Shown: in pieces, positions 40,331-51,222 of the stretch | How positions within the stretch are numbered: the stretch's first letter is position 1 | Layout: each line of letters starts with the position of its first letter | Notes under the pieces: model-generated | The model's input: the letters and a program-made list of their open reading frames with translations, nothing else | Told to the model about the DNA's origin: nothing | Database searches by the model: none | Position numbers and translations under genes: made by a program | Source: Monocercomonoides exilis PA203 | Taxonomy: Eukaryota > Protista > Preaxostyla | DNA: 64,000 nt | Assembly: GCA_001643675.2 (NCBI GenBank) | Contig: LSRY02000076.1 | Coordinates: 42,656 to 106,655 of the forward strand | Reading direction: 5' to 3'

Positions 40331-41108
40331 AAACAATGTTTCGCAATTGAAAAATTGAATTAATATGAAGATAAATCCTCATCCACGCTTGTAACGACAA
40401 CAATTGAATGATGAATATGAAATGGCAGCTTGATCCATCCAGTCTCAATGCAATCGCTCTTTTCGAGTTGAAGATAAACACAATAAATATTCAATTAAAT
40501 GTTTGAGAAATCAAACTAATTTTCCGATTTGCAAACTCTTGAAATCGATTACACAAAAATGTGTTGCAAAGTGGCAATAATGATGGAAAACAACTTAGAC
40601 AATTTCACGAAAAAATCAAATCTTAAATTGATCTGAAAAATAATATCATAAAATATTAAAACCTCAATCTTTTTCAGTATAGATTGATTTTTCATTGGCA
40701 AACAAACATTAATTGAATGTTATGAATTTTTCTGATAAATAATGGAAACGAAGTGTTTTTGAATTAACTGCGATGGGACAAATTTTTGATCTTTAGCGAC
40801 TTTTCAAAAATAATGACCCATATTGAAAAATTTGCGACTTTTCAAAAAAAAATTACTCACACATGTTTTCAATGAATAAAGAATAAACAATATAACTTTT
40901 TTTAATTTTATAATAAAATGAATATTTAATGCTTGATTGAGAAATACAAGTCAATAAACATATTTTTGTAAAACTCAGAATACGAAAAGAAAAAATTCTT
41001 CAATATTTGAAAATATTTTTCTTTGAATTTTTTATTTGTTTAATTTGAATGATTAAAGTTTGAATTCAAAATAAGATACAAAATGTAAAAATTCGAAAAG
41101 AAAAGAAT

Positions 41109-44100
41109 TTAAAAACAAAAAAAAAATAAGAAAAAGAAAAAAATAAAATATAAAGACAAATTTTCTTTTTTTTCTTTATTCTTAATGTTTCTCCATCTGT
41201 CATAACAATCTCCTGCAGTTCTATTTTCAAGAAATTTGCTTATTTCAATCCACTTTTCTCCCTTATTTTTGTGTTCTTTCAAAATATCATCTTCTTCTTT
41301 TGACCATATTCTTCTTTTTCTTTTTCCATTTTTATCTTTTTCTCTTTTCTCTAATTTCATTTTCGTCTCACTTTCATTTTTTCGATTATTATTTCTCGTT
41401 TTCACTTCTTTCTCAACAATATTCCTCTCTTTCATAAAACTCCAAAACATCTCAACCATTTCATTCAATTTTGACTGATCCAATTTCAGAATAAACAACA
41501 AATCTTTCCTCGCAATTTCACTCCGTATATTAGATTTTATTTGAAAGTGTGAACTTGATTTACTCTTCTTCAATAGTGGAAGATATTTTAATTTCGCTTT
41601 CTCCTCCAAATCTGGCTCTTCTTCTGAGTACTGAGAGAGAGCTCTATGAAACAAGTATCTATACGTGTCCGTTGAATTGCGCTTTCCATCTCTTTCCTTT
41701 TTCAGCTTTTTCAAAATTTGATGATAGAAATTTACGAAAATAATGTCATCATTCCATTTGTTTGATTGCAGCTTGAACCCATGAAATGATTCTGTTCTCA
41801 ACAACTTCTTTTCAACGAATGATTTTTTCCTCTTGTCAGAACTTGTCATTATTACTCGAGAAGTGATAAAATTTTGTGATGCAGATTTTTTCACATACAC
41901 CATTTGTGACCTTGAATATGGAATCCAACCAGCAATAAATGCACATGTTTCAAGAATTGAATTTCTTTTCTCTTTGTTAGAACCAGCATTCATCAAAGCA
42001 GAGCATAAGAATCCACTGCGAAAAGAATGAAAACCGAAATTTTCTGGAGGAAAACCGGCAAGCTCCAGTCTCTTCTTCAATCTGGTTCTCATTGTTTCTG
42101 AACTCCAGCTCCAAATTAATTCTTCTGATTTTTCTTTCAAAGGCCACTCTTCTTTAAGAAATAGGTCCTTACCAAACTTTTGAAGAATGTGCTGTCTCAT
42201 CCAGTACACAGCATCTAGTGATTTATTTTCTTCTGTTTGGTTTTCAAGCAGAACAATGTGATTCCACTTGTCATTTCCCTTATTTCTCATTAGTCGAATT
42301 TTTAAAAAAATAGAATCATCTTCAATAATAACATGTCTTACATCACAGAGCCTCACATTTCCGCATGTGATGGCTCTGGCTCCAGTGTGAAGTGCGAAAA
42401 GAAAAAGAGAGCACTCCTCAGCTTTTGACATGAAGAAATCTGGTATACTTTGAACTAAGTATTTTACGTCAAATGTCATTAACGGCTCTTTCCCTTCGCC
42501 CTTTTGTTTTAAAGATTTATCCCTTCTCATTTCGTTCACTATGAGGTTTAATTCTGTGTTCAGCCGAACGTCAATAGGCTTGTTATACATTTTCACTTGT
42601 ATTCGTTTCAATGATGGAAGGACAACAGCATAGATGGAATAAACACAGTTTCGACAATCGTAAGCCAAAAAACGAATGAATCCTCTCACACACTCAAGCG
42701 ACATTGGAAACGTCTTGAAGTCCATATCCTCAGCAAAATAGTCATACAACCGCAACACACATGCGTGCTTATGCAATGTTGACTGTGCATATTTCCTCTG
42801 ATGAAGGAAATGCTCAGCAATATTTTGTTTTTTTTCGTTTGCCAATTCAACATCCATAAGTGTTTGTCTGTTTCTTTCTTTATCAAGTCTCAAATTTTGC
42901 TTGCCATATTCATCCGACATGTTCTCATAGCCTTTGTTTCCATGTTCTTTGGGAATGAATTGTGTGATTTCTTTATCTTTGTGTTTCAAGTTCTCTTTTG
43001 AAAATGCATCCAAACCTGAATCTGCAACTTTTCTTTTCAATGCCCTTTTACGCAAAAATTGTTCTTCGGACTCAAGCTTTCCTTGTTGTTTGAGTTCCTG
43101 AATCTTTACTTCCACAACATCTGAATGAGACAATTCATCCTCCAAACAATCATTCTCGCCCAATTGCTCCTTCTCAAGTTGGGTTTTTTCAAGCAACTCC
43201 TTCTCTTCGTTCATTTTCTTTTCGTAATATTTCATTAACAGATAATGATCTTTCATCTTCGCAACATTTAAATCTTGATCTTTAAGTGATTGAATGGCAA
43301 CGTCACTTCCGCAGATGTCATTCGAAGTTGATTCTTGATCCTTTTCATTGCAGATTTTGTCAGACAATAATTCCTTTGATGAGTCCTGATTGATCGAGTT
43401 TTCAGGTAATTCTACTTGGTTTCTTTCTGCTTCACAGACAAGTTTTTCCTTTTTGTCACTTTGTTCAACATTAGTATGATCCAACGATATCTCCTCCTGA
43501 TCACATTCATCATCCGAGTCTATTATTTCAATACAGTGAACCTTTTTCTTCTTTTCAGTAATAATATGATTTTCCGCTGTTTGTTGATCAGAAATCAGAT
43601 GTTTCTGATCTGAATTTTCATGATTAGATTTGTCATTTTCTATTTCGCAAGATTTTCTTTCCAAACGGTTTTCGAACGACGTATTCTCTTTTGAATGGTG
43701 ATCTGGTCCAATCAATACATCATTTTCTTCGAGATATTCTTTTTGTCAAGTTGAATTTTTATGTCTCTGCTCAAAAGTTTTCAAGAAGTTGTACGTTTTG
43801 ACGAATCCTTCAGCTTTATCATCAGAATCTTCATGATCATCCTCTGAACTACTATCTTCTTCGTAAGAATCTTCGTCTGACATTTGCTCATCATCTGAAT
43901 CGTCAACAATTCTCCTTTTTGAGCTCGCTTGTTCAGTTATAACACAATGATTCGATCGTTCTTTATTTTCATTGCTTTGAATGTGATTTCCCATCGGAAT
44001 GCTGCTTCTGCTGTTTCTCATTCGTGAACTGCTCCTTTTTCTTCGATTCAAAACAATTCTTCTTATTTGATCATCATCTTCATCATCTTCGGAATCTTGC

Positions 44101-44228
44101 TTTTCACCAAGCCATGCTTCTCGAACAAGTTTGGAGCTTTTCCTCTTTTCAGCTTGCGGCATTAATTCGTCAACATCTCCTTCTTCTTCCGTTTCAACAA
44201 TTTCATGGGATTCAATTGCTGTTCACAT
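41109..44228 (-). CDS. tyrosine recombinase with C-terminal Myb domain (YR-Myb 1); two in-frame TGA in the N-terminal region
   Basis: HTGAR (R), RNKG (K), FHSFR (HxxR), AGW (W) and MVYVK (Y). The Myb repeat is RRIWSKEEDDIL...W.EIS..L.NRTAGDCYDRWRN. ORFs 43746-44162 and 41109-43715 share one frame, separated by TGA 43746-43748. ATG 44228 is followed directly by TGA. Confidence 0.85.
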
Positions 44229-46166
44229 ATTTTTTAAAAAGAAAATAAAATTGTTATTGTTTTTTAAAAACATTCAAACTTTTGTTTTTTTTGTAATTCT
44301 CGTAAAATTCTTCTATAAAACTTTGCAATTCGCTTGCTGTTGGAATTTCAAACTCTTCGTTTAACGAAGGACTTTCTTCAGTTTGATCCATATTTTTGAA
44401 GTATAAGTGTTCTGATCACATAAAAAAAGCTTTTGCGATAAATAGTGAAGAGTTCAAGACAAAAGGCAATTTGCACAGTGCAAAAGTTTTTTTTTTTTAC
44501 AACAGGAACATTGATAGTTTGCAGTTTTATTATCAATCGAACTCGAAAAGACATGTGAAAATTTCAAATTGTAAATCAAGATGCTTTTGCAACAATTATC
44601 AGGAGCTTTTACAGAAAAATGAACGTGATTTTAAAGATAATGCAATTTCCATATATTTGCTATATTTTGAAAGCTGGAACTTTGAGAATAGAAAAGCCAA
44701 AAGAGAAAAATCTATCATATGTCAATCTGAGAAAATTTCCAATCATATGCAAAAGAAAGATTATCTCTTAAGATTTTGAGAAATGGAAAGTCATTTGTGA
44801 AATTGAATTGAGAGAATTATTTATTTGTGGATGAATAATTTTCAAATTTGATTATTCTGTGCATTTGAGTTTATCATCGATTCCAATGGATTAAAACAAA
44901 CTTTATTAAATGGATAACCCAAGAATGTGATTATGAATTTTATATCAAAACAGAATTTCATTGTGGAAAGTGGAAATGATTTGAACAGTCAAATCGAATC
45001 TTTTATCACAATTGAGAAACAAGGTTTGTATTATATAGTTTCAAATTAATAAAGAACTGATTTTGAAATATTAATTTCATATAATTTTTATTTTGATTTT
45101 GTCTAATAATGAATGGATAAAGAGAGAAATATTTCGGAAATATTTATTACAGAAAGATGGAACATTTTGTTTAATCAGATTATTGTTTAACTCCCAACAA
45201 ATTGTACGAAATGAAAGTTATATCTGATCCTAGAAGATGTTTGAATCAAATTGAAAAATTCTACGTTAAATGATAGATGAATACGAATGAATTTGAAAAA
45301 GGATGAATGAATAATCCATATTCATGAAATGATTGAGCGATGAGTGATGAAGCAACGGTAATATATGATTAATGAAAAATAAAAATTTAAAACAAAGTGT
45401 GCCTTTCATAAACTTGTTGAAATAATTTGCTTCATCTGTTTTAATTAATGTTTAATAATATTTGAACAACAATCGATGTTGCTTGAAGTTTGACAGATTG
45501 AAAGAAATATCATATTATTATTCGATTAATCTTTGATGAAAAGTGTTTGGAGCAATTTATTTGATTGAATTGTTAAAATTTTTCTATTTTATGTTTTATT
45601 CAGTAACAATTCAATTTGTTGATTCAAAGACATTTGGAAATAGAAAATTCAAATCATTGAAATTATATCCTAATGATATTTTATGATGAATGAAAAAATA
45701 GAAATCCATTCAAAAAATATTAATTTGCTGTTGACATCAATGAACAATGTTATCGGAAATTATGTACTGAAAAAGTATCTTGATCGTTATCAATGTGGTT
45801 TGTCATCTGGTTATGATATTATTAAATGAATATTTAATATTTGAAATAATCATTATTTTTCCATTTCGAAACAAATAGCTATCAATAATTGTGATAAAAA
45901 TAAAAACATATTGTTTCAATGCAAAAAATAATGATTATTTATTTGCAAAGATGAAGCAAAGCTTGTATTCTATCATAATTATAACAAACAGCTTCAGTAA
46001 AATTATTTGCGAATGGAACACTATTATTGAATACAGAATATTCCGATTGCACATCGAATGGAGATAACTTGAAAGGTTTGTGTACAACATTTTTGCGTTT
46101 CAATTAAACAAGCTAATTTTATATTTGAAAATCGAAAGTTTAACATATTCAATTAGAAGAAAGAAA

Positions 46167-46199
46167 TTAGGTTAGGGTTATTTAGTACGAGCCTAACCT
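46167..46199. other. interstitial telomere-like inverted repeat TTAGGTTAGGGTTA-TTTAGTA-CGAGCCTAACCT
   Basis: AGGTTAGG (46169-46176) and CCTAACCT (46192-46199) are perfect inverted arms. It is the only such internal telomere-like tract I noticed. Confidence 0.6.
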
Positions 46200-47081
46200 G
46201 AAAAATAAAGGAAGGCTCATCAAAATATGATCATTTTTCAATTTTACTCATTTTTGCCCTTTACTGCTTTTTTTGATCATTATTTTTCGTTTTTTTATGT
46301 GGAAAACATCATTTCGAATACTTACAAAAAAACAATTTTTTTGATCACAAACATAATACGTTTTGAATTATTACGAAAAAAAGTTGTTCTGATATCACAA
46401 GAATGGAATAATATCAGGTTTGAAAAGTTTCATATATATTTTTGACAAATAACGACAATAAAAGAACTTATATATTTTTTTCGAATAAAACAATCATATA
46501 TCAGTTATTTTTCATTACATAATTTTTTGATTTTTTCACCTTAAATGCAATCGTTGGACAACATCAACTTCATTTCTTTAAATAACTTTAATTATTTTAA
46601 CTTTGGATTTTACAAGTTATTTTTATTTTTCTGTTTTCATTTCATAATCGAAACTTCTTTTTTTCTCCTTATTTTTGCGCGAAACAAGCAAAATTAGCTT
46701 GCAAATTTATTATCTTTCAAAAACAAAAACAGTCAAAAACAAATAAAATCTTCATGATTATCTTTGTTATAAATAAAAAAACAATCTTTCAATTAATGGT
46801 TTGGACTGGTTTAAAATCTTGTTCAAAAATAAAAACTAGTTTTATTCCCTGCAATTCGAAAGCCATCTTCATATTGTTATTTGCAATGAAAAGTTTTTTA
46901 CAAACAAAGCAAAAATAGTTTGAGTTGTTATTCTCACCAATTTAAACTAATTTATTTGTCAATTATTTTTATTTCAAAGTGTTTCTGGATTGAATGCCAA
47001 AAGTTTGTTTTTTATTGAAAAATCTATTTATGCATTTATTCATTTTATTCTCTGTGAATATTTTCAGGAAATGTTAAAAAA

Positions 47082-50000
47082 ATGAGAGAAAGGAATTATG
47101 ATTTCATTCCTCCAGTTTCAGTTCCAAATTCACCAATTCTTTCTCCAACGAGACCGGGATTTTTTTCTCCTCCACCGTCTGCACCACCATCATCTCCTTT
47201 TTCACATCCTTTATCTCCTTCAAATTCTTCATTAATTCCTATTCCTTCTTCACCTTTACGAATAAGCACTTCAGAACAAATTTACGATGAAATAGCCATC
47301 GCTCCAATGCTTCGCTCCTCATCTGAACAAGAAGAAATTGCAGAAAAAGAAAAAGAAGATATTTCTGATGAAGAAAAAGACAATGAACAAAAAACAGATT
47401 CAATCACATCTTGGCTGACAAATTTTTTTGAAAATGATGACGTGCCAGTTGTTGATTTTTTCACCACAAAGCTAATGACACTTCCACCCCAGCCGACTCT
47501 GAAACATCTCAGACCGTTTAAACATCAATCTCCCTACCCACGACCACTATTCGATTCAAAAATGGAGAATCTGAACGAAAAGTGCATTCAATTCATGGAA
47601 TCAACAAATTACACAGCCGAAAAAACAAAGCGCATTTCAAAAAGCCGAACATCAAAAATCACTTCCAATTCAACTCATGCTCAATCGAACCGTGCTTGTT
47701 CAAAAAATGAAATTACTAAACATAACAAGACCAAAAGAGGCAAAAGAAGTCATAAGAACAAAAAGAATGAAGAAATAGTTCATGATACACATTCAAATAT
47801 CTCAACATCAAATTGTTGTTCAACTCTTCACTACACATCCGCATCAGTGTCATCTTCAGAAGCAACATTAATTGAACAATCAAAGTCAATTGCATCTGCT
47901 TCTTCCTCACAGAATTCAACAGAAGATCCATTCGACTTGGAAGCAATTCCGATTGATGAAATACTCGCTGAAGTATTAAATGAATCATCATCCGATGATT
48001 GCAAAAAAATGGAAAATGAGAAAAAAGAAGAAAAAGATGAAAATGAGGAAACAGAAAATGAATGTGTGAAATTCAAAAGTGTGAAATCAAAAAAATTGAG
48101 GAGAAGAAAGAGAGTGACAAAAAAATCAACTATAAAAATAAACACTGAAATCGAAAGTGCTTTTCCTTCAATCAGACCTCAAAGAAAAGCAAAAGAAGAG
48201 TGTTTGAACAAGATGGCAATCATTACGAAATCGTACGCAATTCAAAAAGAAAAAAAGAAAAACGATGAAGATTATGTGCCACTGTCCGAAAGTGATATAA
48301 GTGATTCATCCTCAGAAATAACTGATTCAATTTCTTCAACATCTTCTTCTAACATATGTTCTCTAAGCTATTCATCATTCGAAGATTCTGATGAGACAGT
48401 TACTGATAACAATTTTATCTCATCATCATCAGATATCGTGAAAAGAAAAAAGAAAATCACACTTCAATATTCATCATCAATGAAATCAAAACCTAAACTT
48501 CGCAAAAAATCAGTACTGTGTTCAGAAGACAACATTTCTTTATTGAAAGAAAAACTGAATGAAATTGAAAGCAAACCAAAAAGTCTTAATGACACTGCAA
48601 CTGATAATATTGAATTAGCAAAAGTCGTCGATCTTGAAGATATGTATGGAGCTTTCAATCATTCTGAACTTAAAGAACTTTCTAGACCTTTGACACAATC
48701 ATCATCTCCTGCTTTAACAACTGCCAGATTTTCTCTCGACTCACCAACAAAATTATCTGAGATTCTTCGTGATCATTCCATTGAAGAATTGGAACCATAT
48801 TTCGATGATGGGTTGCCGTTCAGCAAGGATACTGTCAAAAATCACTGTTGGGCTTTCAAAATGTACATGGATTACTGCCAAACTCGAAAAATTGAACCTT
48901 GGCCAGTCCAAGCAAAACCAATATATGGGTTTGTCAAATTGCTTGGTATTGGAGCTGGCTACAATTATAAATCTGTTCAATGCAGTATTATTAACGGAAT
49001 ATTTCAAATATCGGAATTAAGAACTGGTGTTCCCATAGATGAAAAAGTTCGTAAGAGCATGAATCGAGCAATGTGTGAAGTACAAAAATTTGTCGAGTTA
49101 AAAAAAGAAAGAAAAAGAAGATCAAAATTTAATGAAATAGATGAAGATTTGAAGTGGCAAAAGCAGCCACTAATTGTAACTGATTTGGAGTGGATTTTGA
49201 AGTGCTATCCAGACTGGGTTGTTGAAAAACCATTGGAGGCGTCTTTGTTTTTGTTTGCACTATCTACAGGTGCTAGAGCTCATACATGCTCTCATATCCG
49301 ACTTCAAGACATTGTCAGAGTTTTTTGCAAAGAAAACTCTTCATTCGTTAAAGTTACAATAAATTTGGAGTGTGGAAAGGGGGTGAGAGGTGACGATCAT
49401 TGTGTTACTGTTGAAGGAGATATTGCATATAAATCTACATTAAATATTGTTTGGTGGTTGGAGCAATTTTTGGTTGAAGAATATGGATTATCTTTAACTG
49501 AATTTGATGAATGGGATCTGGGTCAATTAGGGCCTCAATATTTGTGGGGAATTCGCAAGGGTGCAATGAGAGTTAGATTGCAGAAAAGAGCAAAGCAAGC
49601 TGGATATCCAGAGAACATTTTTGGATTTCATTCGTTAAGATCAGGGTTCATTTGTTCTGCGCTAATCAAAGGAAGAAGTGATCCGTCAAAAAAAGATTCC
49701 ATTATTGAGGCAACTGCTCTTGTTGGGAACTGGCAAGCTGGATCAGCTGCACAATGGAATTATGTGAAAGAAACAGAAAAATCAATTGTTGTTGCAAGCC
49801 GTTTGCTTGTTCCAAATGAAGATGTTGAATCTGATGAGTTATTTGACAAATCACTTACGGAACCTAGTGTTTATCATAACATCAAACTCAATGAACCTTC
49901 TTGGAAAATTGATTCAATCATCTCGACATTTGATTTTTATGTTTTGGAAATTCTTAAATACGCATGCAGTCAAAGACATTACCCTTATTCATGTGTGATC

Positions 50001-50307
50001 CGTTTGAACAAAATGGCAGCCGCAAATTATTTGAGCAACAAAAAAATTCATAACACATCGAATGTTTCAATATTGAAATTGTCAAGAGATGAAGTGCTTA
50101 AACAATTGTCAATAACCAAAAATGTCACCGATGCTGTTTTATCTTACGTTTCGAGCATTGAACAATATTTAACTGGACAAAAAATGTTAAATTTCACAAA
50201 GCCAAAAGTCAAAAATTTTCTTCGAGAAAATCGTCCAATAAACAATGCAGTCGGAACAAAATCAAGGAAAAAGTGGACTCCGGAGGAGGATAAAATACTG
50301 TTGCAAC
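47082..50307 (+). CDS. tyrosine recombinase with C-terminal Myb domain (YR-Myb 2), 5' part, interrupted by a transposon
   Basis: STGAR, CGKG, FHSLR, GNW and WNYVK catalytic motifs after a long Pro/Ser/Lys-rich N-terminus. The Myb start RKKWTPEEDKILLQ is cut at the insertion. Confidence 0.9.
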
Positions 50308-51063
50308 GGCATAGGTGTATTTAAAGCACATTCCCAATCCTTGGATATTCTTTAAAACATTGTGATAAATAAAAAGTATATTTAATTATAAAACATTTGT
50401 ATGGACTGGAATTTTGAAATTCTTTTTGATCCTTGAGAAAAAACAATTTTTACAAATCACCCATAAACACTGGTATTTTTCTTATAAAAATGATAAAATA
50501 AGATAATTTTAAAATAATAAGCAGCTGTGAGGTCATTTATTATTATATACTCTTATTTTATTTATGATTTTTCAAAAAATAAAACATTTAAAAAAATTAA
50601 TTAAAAAATTTAAATATTTTGATCAATCCCACAATTATATTTTTAATGTCCAAAAAATTAGAATTTTCTTTCTTTCATCAAGAATTGAACCCTCGTTTGC
50701 GAACATACAACAAATCATATATATAAATACAGTTTTAATGTGTGTGATGTATAATTATCAATATATCATTCAAATCTTTATCAATTTTGTTTATGATTTT
50801 TAAGATGAAAATTTTTGTGCAGTTTGAGGATGATAATATTACGCAATGATGATCATGAATAAAGAAGCTTTGTTGATGCCATGAAAGTGTGAATTTCATA
50901 TAAATTAACTTATTTAAAGAATGTTTTAACGATTTTCATTATTTTTTTATTTATTTTTTTACTGAATCAATGTTGAATGTTAAATGCAAGAAGATATTTA
51001 CAGAAGCAACAACTACTGCACAAATATGAAAGATGGAATGTGTTTTGCAGCAAATGAAAGAGG
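50308..51063 (+). repeat. left terminal inverted repeat (756 bp)
   Basis: Reverse complement of 59033-59788 with no net indel. I noticed mismatches only at 50448 and 51041 by eye. Identical 79-aa ORFs occur in both arms. Confidence 0.95.
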
Positions 51064-51222
51064 AAATTCGAACTGGATTTGTGTGAATGAAGTTCAATTC
51101 AAACACAGAAAAAGTGTGAAACGATATTTACATTGAATAAATCAACATCACATCGCAGATCAATGAAACGCAATTTCAGTTAGATCTTCGAGAGCGATAT
51201 TTCACTCGTAATAACGCAATAT

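Larger units (their letters stand above)
34853..40823. repeat. about 6-kb segment bracketed by inverted copies of the ATATG-G/T-GTCATT..TTTTTGAAAAGTCGC motif
   Basis: 34853-34880 matches the reverse complement of 40796-40823 at 26/28. A second partial copy lies at 40831-40850. The motif is the same family as the ends of the 7909 and 8561 foldbacks. Confidence 0.5.

Noticed and set aside
44396-46445. ORFs in the spacer between the recombinase genes
   Set aside because: They are short and AT-rich with no recognisable motifs. The region may hide a heavily decayed gene, but I cannot support a call.
41109-50324. DIRS/Ngaro retrotransposon interpretation of the YR genes
   Set aside because: I found no reverse transcriptase, RNase H or gag ORF and no split or inverted LTR structure nearby.
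50564-50803. Identical 79-aa ORFs at 50564-50803 and 59293-59532
   Set aside because: An AT-rich chance ORF duplicated only because it lies in the TIR.
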